Positions 56,421-64,000 of a stretch of DNA of 64,000 nucleotides are shown here, piece after piece. The notes below the pieces were generated by a model. The model saw nothing but the letters and a program-made list of their open reading frames with translations, made no database searches and was not told where the DNA came from. Each line of letters opens with the position of its first letter. Position 1 is the first letter of the stretch. The translations under genes and the position numbers were made by a program. The stretch is taken from positions 248,001 through 312,000 of the forward strand of contig NIVC01000507.1 in assembly GCA_002269645.1 (NCBI GenBank), given 5' to 3'. This stretch comes from Macrostomum lignano. Taxonomy: Eukaryota.

Positions 56421-56723
56421 AAGTTGACCTCCTGTAAATTGATCTCGTCTGGAGGACTCATCAACTTCATTTACACATTGGGCATGACTTCTATAATTCT
56501 GCCATAAACGAAATTGGAAGCATTGGTTGATTGACACTGTCTTAAAATAAATGCTCGAATTATTAAATAGAATGAAAAAGTAAACCGAGCTCTCAACATG
56601 GATTCTCAATTATATTTTGGCTTTCAACCATAGACAAAAACTGTCTATGGCCAAAACCAAAATCCACACTACTACTATTAAAAATCTTATCTCGTCTCAC
56701 ATCCAATCAAATTCTACAAACAG

Positions 56724-56829
56724 ATGCCTAAATCCGGACACAAAACGGCCCTACACTTCGGTGGCAATTGAGTCGGCGCTTAAAGATGCTCATTTTGTTG
56801 TAAAACTCAACAAATCTAGTAAGCAACAG
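56724..56829 (+). CDS. SBDS: SBDS exon 2
   Basis: AAACAG|A TGC CTA AAT CCG: [11 protein letters not shown]...KSSKQQ; donor GTAATG. Confidence 0.95.
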
Positions 56830-57123
56830 GTAATGAGCCACTATTTTTATTAACAAAGTTTGGGGACATTGGGCACTATATAGGCCGCTTGTAAATCCTG
56901 TGTGTAAGGGGGACCGATTCCAAGTTTAGTCACATTAATTTGGGGCTAAGTTGGAATCTAGGCTTGGCTTTGCTGTGACTGGGTACGTATCCGCGCGCTT
57001 GTGTGCCTGCTCAGGATAGTCAGCGGAATGGGCCCGTAGCAACTAGACTGGAATTCAAAGACTAAGGTGAAGGGGTGAACTTTGATCCTGGGATTCGAAC
57101 TCGCTGTTGAACTTCCCTCAAAG

Positions 57124-57612
57124 GCACTAGACGGTATCCGGGCGCTTCGTACAGCTGGGAGGCTGCCGATCCAACGGGCCCTGATGCGAGCCCGCCTCCG
57201 ACTTGCCGACCCGCTGCTCCGGCCAGATGCTCTGGCTCTGTGCTCAAGAATCATAACCGACTCATCTGCCGCCGCGAGTTCAAGCGAATCCAGCGACCCT
57301 ACTCAGAAGCAACAACAACCGCTCGAACTTGTGGTTGCTATGGAACCAGCCGGAGTTCGAGCCCTGGAGGATCTGTTGCGATCGCGATCTCCCGGCAGCT
57401 CCCTAGAGGTGCTCGATCTGCGCCTTGAAGAGGATGGAGATGACCCCGAGAATGGTGGCGATTTTGTTGATGAAGCCGATCACAGTGATGGAGCAAAAGT
57501 TGAAAATATTGCCGTTGATAATTCAAAATCTGAAGCTGATGCAGCGGCTGCGGCAGCTGCTGAGGAGCTCAATAGGCGGTTGACTCTAGCAGCTGAAGAT
57601 GACGATTATTGA
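57124..57612 (+). CDS. SBDS: SBDS exon 3 (terminal)
   Basis: TCAAAG|GCA: ALDGIRAL...IQRALMRARL...LEVLDL, then an acidic tail; AATAAA at 57734. Confidence 0.9.
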   Translation, partial: ALDGIRALRTAGRLPIQRALMRARLRLADPLLRPDALALCSRIITDSSAAASSSESSDPTQKQQQPLELVVAMEPAGVRALEDLLRSRSPGSSLEVLDLRLEEDGDDPENGGDFVDEADHSDGAKVENIAVDNSKSEADAAAAAAAEELNRRLTLAAEDDDY

Positions 57613-58931
57613 TTATAAGTATTAATGTCTCAATAAGCTCGCGAGGCCTATTTATAATTTAACTTACAAATATGATAGCCTATTGATATGTATTTGATTG
57701 CGACTTGAACGATTTAGGCGAGCTGAGTGAAATAATAAATATGCTAATTGATTGGATCCGACTGTATTTTTGTCCTTCTTTCTATAAGAGCATTTCTTGG
57801 TTTTTCAGAAAGAAATTGTCTTCAATTTATTTACTTTTAACTTACATAAAATAGTTTGTTAGAAATAGCTACTATTTTCTTTGCTTGCTACGTATAGTAG
57901 CAGGAAAAGACACTGTTTTATTTTACGTTTTACCACGGTAAAGTTCTAATTTTAGGTTGCTTCTCTAACGGTACATTGTCCCTATTTTCTGTCCCTCGCT
58001 TGTACACTCTTATCTTATCTTAGGTCACGTGATTTGATTTTTAGCTGACGAATCACAATAGTTTTTAATCAAAAAGAAATAATTGCTATTAGGCGTGATT
58101 AAGTTTACAGATTACTGTGCCGCCTAAATAGAACAGAAGCAATCTAAGATCGCAGAAAAAACATTAAAACTTAACTACCACAGATACTAGAATAACTAGA
58201 TGGGCCACTCAGGCACATATACTTAGTAAAACAGCTTTCTACTTTCAGTTCAGTAGCAAGTAAGAATACAGAAGCTATTTTATAAAAATAATGGCAGCTG
58301 AAATGACTTTGATAAGTTTTGGAGCCCAAGCTTGCAGGCGTAAACAGCTTGCAAATTGGTTCGGCAATAATGTACATTGGCCAGTCCACTGAAATGTACA
58401 TGGCAGCTTTAGGCTGGAACTCCGAGAAAGGCAATAAAAATTAGGGCTGGGCGGGGGTTAGTGTGGAAAGGCGTGGTTGGAGGATTGAAGCCTAGGGGTA
58501 AGTGCCAGTAAATTAGCCTTTCGCTTTAAAATATACTAAAATGCTTCTGTTTAACTTACTACTGAACTGAAAGTAGCATATACGCAACTGTGCTGAGTGG
58601 CCCATCTTGTTATTCTTTTATCTGTGCTTACTACTTACATCTTGAGTAAATAAAAAAGCCTCAAAATATTTTGCTAGATATCTTCAATACCTTATTAGTC
58701 CGAAACTACTTGTGTCACGTGATTAGATTTTGTTAAAATAACGGGAAAATATCCGTCTGTTTCTTTACTTTCTACTTACAGTAATTCAGTTAGATATTTT
58801 TGTCTGCCCATACCTCGTGTAATGCGATTCTTTTTTATATCTATATGAAAGGAATATAAGCAGTTATTTCTTGTTTTGCTACTTACAGTAAGAACATTTA
58901 AATATTTTAAATGCATGCATATTTTTTAATA

Positions 58932-59402
58932 ATGGCCGGCAGCCGGTTGGAACGATTCACTCCGCTGTTTAGCCGGATTAGCGGCCTAATCCGTAGCGGC
59001 GCCGTGGCGCCAAACGGCGCGCCGCTTTGGTACGATGTCTATGCCAGATTCCCGCCAGCTGAGGAGCCCCGATTTGAACGGCCGGTACCGCCGCAGGCTG
59101 TCCGCCAGATACTCTACGCTGAGGACGTTGATCGGCAGCGTCAGTTCGCTGACGGGTCCACGTCTGGACAGCTGCACAACCTCTTTCTGTTGGAGGCTCC
59201 GGCTGTGGCTGCCGCTCCCGCCGCCGCCGCCGACTCGTCTTCGTCGACAAGTTCAGCGTCGGAGACTCGATTAGACCAACGTCAGCTGGCTCATCATCTG
59301 TCTATTGTCCGGCGACTTCGGCCAGATCTGTCCGGGTCTGAGCAGTCCAGTTTGGCTAAACAGTTGTGCTTAGAAGCTGAGGCTGACACTAAAGATAGTT
59401 GA
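58932..59402 (+). CDS. MRPS23: Mitochondrial ribosomal protein S23 (mS23), intronless, 156 aa
   Basis: MAGSRLE...FSRISGLIRSG...PLWYDVYARFPPAEEP...ILYAED matches the mS23 family motif; AATAAA at 59495. Confidence 0.9.
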   Translation: MAGSRLERFTPLFSRISGLIRSGAVAPNGAPLWYDVYARFPPAEEPRFERPVPPQAVRQILYAEDVDRQRQFADGSTSGQLHNLFLLEAPAVAAAPAAAADSSSSTSSASETRLDQRQLAHHLSIVRRLRPDLSGSEQSSLAKQLCLEAEADTKDS

Positions 59403-59659
59403 GGGAATGTTTTTTTAATAGCTAATCAATGTATCAGGTGAAGCCTTTGTGTGTCTTTTTGTTACCGCTGTTTGCTATTTGCTTAATAATTATAAATAAA
59501 CAGCATTATTATGTAGCTCACGTGTTCAAGTCAATAAGAGTTTACATTCAACTGAGGTAGTAAAACTGTAACTTACATTTTTTAACTTCTATCTCTGTCA
59601 TTGTTCTTTTTTAGACCAAGCTCTCAACTGAGGGAATAATAAGTAGATAATCATGTCCT

Positions 59660-60118
59660 GACAGAATCACACACTTGGAGCTAACCCTCCCCTGACAGAA
59701 TCACACTTGTAGCTAACCCTGCCCTGACAGAATCACACTTGTAGCTAACCCTCCCCTGACAGAATCACACTTGTAGCTAACCCTCCCCTGACAGAATCAC
59801 ACTTGTAGCTAACCCTCCCCTGACAGAATCACACTTGTAGCTAACCCTCCCCTGACAGAATCACACTTGTAGCTAACCCTCCCCTGACAGAATCACACTT
59901 GTAGCTAACCCTGCCCTGACAGAATCACACTTGTAGCTAACCCTCCCCTGACAGAATCACACTTGTAGCTAACCCTGCCCTGACAGAATCACACTTGTAG
60001 CTAACCCTCCCCTGACAGAATCACACTTGTAGCTAACCCTGCCCTGACAGAATCACACTTGTAGCTAACCCTGCCCTGACAGAATCACACTTGTAGCTAA
60101 CCCTCCCCTGACAGAATA
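59660..60118. repeat. Highly homogeneous 32 bp minisatellite CCCT(C/G)CCCTGACAGAATCACACTTGTAGCTAA
   Basis: ~14 near-identical copies. Confidence 0.97.
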
Positions 60119-60984
60119 ATATTAAAGATTTCCCCAGAATCCCAATTAGCCGATGCAAAGTGCATGGGATTTTGTTCCTTTACTTGTGCCAGCTGGAAAG
60201 CAACCAAGCTTTGTACTCAATCTTAATGCCTTGAACTTGACTAATTGAATCAGTCCTAATTGCACACAGGCAGACAGCTCAATAAGCCATGCAATCTGAG
60301 TCAGCTGCTTGGAAACACGCGCCGAAGGTTCGTCTTGAATTAACTTCGTTAGCTCGCTGTCGCAGCTGCTTCTGTCGCTGTCCTTTTATTCCAGTTGGCC
60401 AACATGTTAATTGAATTTCTGCACAAGGCACAAGTGAGCACAAGGAAGGAAATGGTGGCTGGATCTCTGATTTAGTAGGATCTAATATCTGCCTCAATCT
60501 GTATGCCACTCGTGTTCTCGTATAGACTCTAGGGAGATAAACTTGAAAGAAAAACAAAATTAAAACTGCGCAGCTGCTCACACAGTTGTCCAAGGAGCAT
60601 CTAGCGACGCTTGCAGATGTTGTAGCTCTTCTCACGTTTTCCCAGGTCGTAGTGGCACTACAGGGACATCGTTAGGAATATCGGGTTCCACGTCAGCACA
60701 CGGAAGAGGCACATCGTCAGATCGTCACGGGCAGTTGAGTTGAAGGCGCTCCGGAGCTTCTGGGGTTCGCTAGTACTTTTATGAGCTAGAGAGGAACTAA
60801 GTACGAGATTATCTAGTAGAACTTTGCTCTTCGCATTAGAAATTCAGTAGTAATCAAGTCGCTTTATTGATTGAAAGTAAACTAATACTACTACGGATCG
60901 TTTAAAAATGGTTGCTTGTTCAAGCTGACGCTTTCCGTCAGGGACCTCAACACCAGAGTTGAACACCCCTGGCATCAAAATTCA

Positions 60985-63900
60985 ACACCCCTGACACCAC
61001 AGCCGAATATCCCTGACACCACAGTCGGACTCTCCTGACACCACAATCGAACTCTCCTGACACCACAATTGAACTCTCCTGACACCACAGTCGAACATCC
61101 CTGACACCACAATCGAACTCTCCTGACACCACAATCGGACTCTCCTGACACCACAGTTGAACTCTCCTGACACCACAGTTGAACTCTCCTGACACCACAA
61201 TCGAACTCTCCTGACACCACAGTCGAACATCCCTGACACCACAATCGAACTCTCCTGACACCACAGTCGAACATCCCTGACACCACAGTCGAACATCCCT
61301 GACACCAAAAACGAACTCTCCTGACACCACAGTCGAACATCCCTGACACCACAATCGAACTCTCCTGACACCACAGTCGAACATCCCTGACACCACAATC
61401 GAACTCTCCTGACACCACAGTCGAACATCCCTGACACCACAGTCGAACATCCCTGACACCACAGTCGAACATCCCTGACACCAAAAACGAACTCTCCTGA
61501 CACCACAGTCGAACATCCCTGACACCACAATCGAACTCTCCTGACACCACAGTCGAACATCCTTGACACCACAGTCGAACATCCCTGACACCACAATCGA
61601 ACTCTCCTGACACCACAGTCGAACATCCCTGACACCACAATCGAACTCTCTTGACACCACATTCGAACATCCCTGACACCACAATCGAACTCTCCTGACA
61701 CCACAGTCGAACATCCCTGACACCACAATCGAACTCTCCTGACACCACAGTCGAACATCCCTGACACCACAATCGAACTCTCCTGACACCACAGTCGGAC
61801 ATCCCTGACACCACAATCGAACTCTCCTGACACCACAGTCGGACATCCCTGACACCACAATCGAACTCTCCTGACACCACAGTCGAACATCCCTGACACC
61901 ACAATCGAACTCTCCTGACACCACAGTCGAACATCCCTGACACCACAATCGAACTCTCCTGACACCACAGTCGAACATCCTTGACACCACAGTCGAACAT
62001 CCCTGACACCACAGTCGAACATCCCTGACACCACAGTCGAACATCCCTGACACCAAAAACGAACTCTCCTGACACCACAGTCGAACATCCCTGACACCAA
62101 AAACGAACTCTCCTGACACCACAGTCGAACATCCCTGACACCACAATCGAACTCTCCTGACACCACAGTCGAACATCCCTGACACCACAATCGAACTCTC
62201 CTGACACCACAGTCGAACATCCCTGACACCACAATCGAACTCTCTTGACACCACATTCGAACATCCCTGACACCACAATCGAACTCTCCTGACACCACAG
62301 TCGAACATCCAATCGAACTCTCCTGACACCACAGTCGGACATCCCTGACACCACAATCGAACTCTCCTGACACCACAGTCGGACATCCCTGACACCACAA
62401 TCGAACTCTCCTGACACCACAGTCGAACATCCCTGACACCACAATCGAACTCTCCTGACACCACAGTCGAACATTCCTGACACCACAATCGAACTCTCCT
62501 GACACCACAGTCGAACATCCTTGACACCACAGTCGAACATCCCTGACACCACAATCGAACTCTCCTGACACCACAGTCGAACATCCCTGACACCACAATC
62601 GAACTCTCCTGACACCACAGTCGAACATCCTTGACACCACAGTCGAACATCCCTGACACCACAATCGAACTCTCCTGACACCACAGTCGAACATCCCTGA
62701 CACCACAATCGAACTCTCCTGACACCACAGTCGAACATCCCTGACACCACAATCGAACTCTCTTGACACCACATTCGAACATCCCTGACACCACAATCGA
62801 ACTCTCCTGACACCACAGTCGAACATCCAATCGAACTCTCCTGACACCACAGTCGGACATCCCTGACACCACAATCGAACTCTCCTGACACCACAGTCGG
62901 ACATCCCTGACACCACAATCGAACTCTCCTGACACCACAGTCGAACATCCCTGACACCACAATCGAACTCTCCTGACACCACAGTCGAACATTCCTGACA
63001 CCACAATCGAACTCTCCTGACACCACAGTCGAACATCCTTGACACCACAGTCGAACATCCCTGACACCACAATCGAACTCTCCTGACACCACAGTCGAAC
63101 ATCCCTGACACCACAATCGAACTCTCCTGACACCACAGTCGAACATCCTTGACACCACAGTCGAACATCCCTGACACCACAATCGAACTCTCCTGACACC
63201 ACAGTCGAACATCCCTGACACCACAATCGAACTCTCTTGACACCACAGTCGAACATCCCTGACACCACAATCGAACTCTCCTGACACCACAGTCGAACAT
63301 CCCTGACACCACAATCGAACTCTCCTGACACCACAGTCGGACATCCCTGACACCACAATCGAACTCTCCTGACACCACAGTCGGACATCCCTGACACCAC
63401 AATCGAACTCTCCTGACACCACAGTCGAACATCCCTGACACCACAATCGAACTCTCCTGACACCACAGTCGAACATCCCTGACACCACAATCGAACTCTC
63501 CTGACACCACAGTCGGACATCCCTGACACCACAATCGAACTCTCCTGACACCACAGTCGGACATCCCTGACACCACAATCGAACTCTCCTGACACCACAG
63601 TCGAACATCCCTGACACCACAGTCGAACATCCCTGACACCACAGTCGAACATCCCTGACACCAAAAACGAACTCTCCTGACACCACAGTCGAACATCCCT
63701 GACACCAAAAACGAACTCTCCTGACACCACAGTCGAACATCCCTGACACCACAATCGAACTCTCCTGACACCACAGTCGAACATCCCTGACACCACAATC
63801 GAACTCTCTTGACACCACATTCGAACATCCCTGACACCACAGTCGAACATCCCTGACACCACAATCGAACTCTCCTGACACCACAGTCGAACATCCCTGA

Positions 63901-64000
63901 CACCACAATCGAACTCTCCTGACACCACAGTCGGAGATCCCTGACACCACAATCGAACTCTCCTGACACCACAGTCGGACATCCCTGACACCACAATCGA
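60985..64000. repeat. Satellite of two alternating 22 bp subunits (CTGACACCACAATCGAACTCTC / CTGACACCACAGTCGAACATCC)
   Basis: Direct; runs off the window end; explains the three ~1000-aa minus-strand ORFs. Confidence 0.97.

Noticed and set aside
57085-57160. Minus-strand B-box GTTCGAATCCC suggesting a tRNA
   Set aside because: No cloverleaf or clear A box, and the upstream part overlaps SBDS exon 3; at most a SINE remnant
59660-60118. CRISPR-like 32-bp repeat
   Set aside because: Units are directly adjacent with no unique spacers; eukaryotic context; no cas genes
60947-63996. Three ~1000-aa ORFs as genes
   Set aside because: All three frames are open because of a stop-free repeat unit; no non-repetitive domain

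Overview
Eukaryotic (metazoan) genomic DNA. GC/Ala-rich exons, introns filled with minisatellites and TTAGGG-type repeats resemble a Macrostomum-like flatworm (inference only). Plus strand, 1.5-15.3 kb: intronless LYAR, an orphan coiled-coil ORF, an unidentified spliced gene and a 3-exon PP2A scaffold A subunit (593 aa). Minus strand, ~17-33.6 kb: a ~20-exon GNPTAB-like GlcNAc-1-phosphotransferase with Stealth CR1-4, two LNR repeats, an EF-hand and N- and C-terminal TM segments, assembled by hand from splice phases. The 34-55 kb interval is an AT-rich transposon graveyard: nested TIR elements with exact 8-bp TSDs, a decayed mariner, Helitron-like copies and a LINE 3' end. Plus strand, 55.7-59.4 kb: SBDS (3 exons) and MRPS23. 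About 30 distinct tandem arrays cover much of the window and explain most long ORFs in the supplied track. Best leads: (i) two in-frame stops (TAG and TGA) that remain when GNPTAB is spliced at its strongest phase-compatible sites, one directly before the C-terminal TM; (ii) sequence evidence that minisatellites are seeded from subrepeats of a Helitron-like element; (iii) same-strand gene clusters with donor-less acceptors suggesting trans-spliced operons. No database searches were run, so all homology calls are from recognised motifs.
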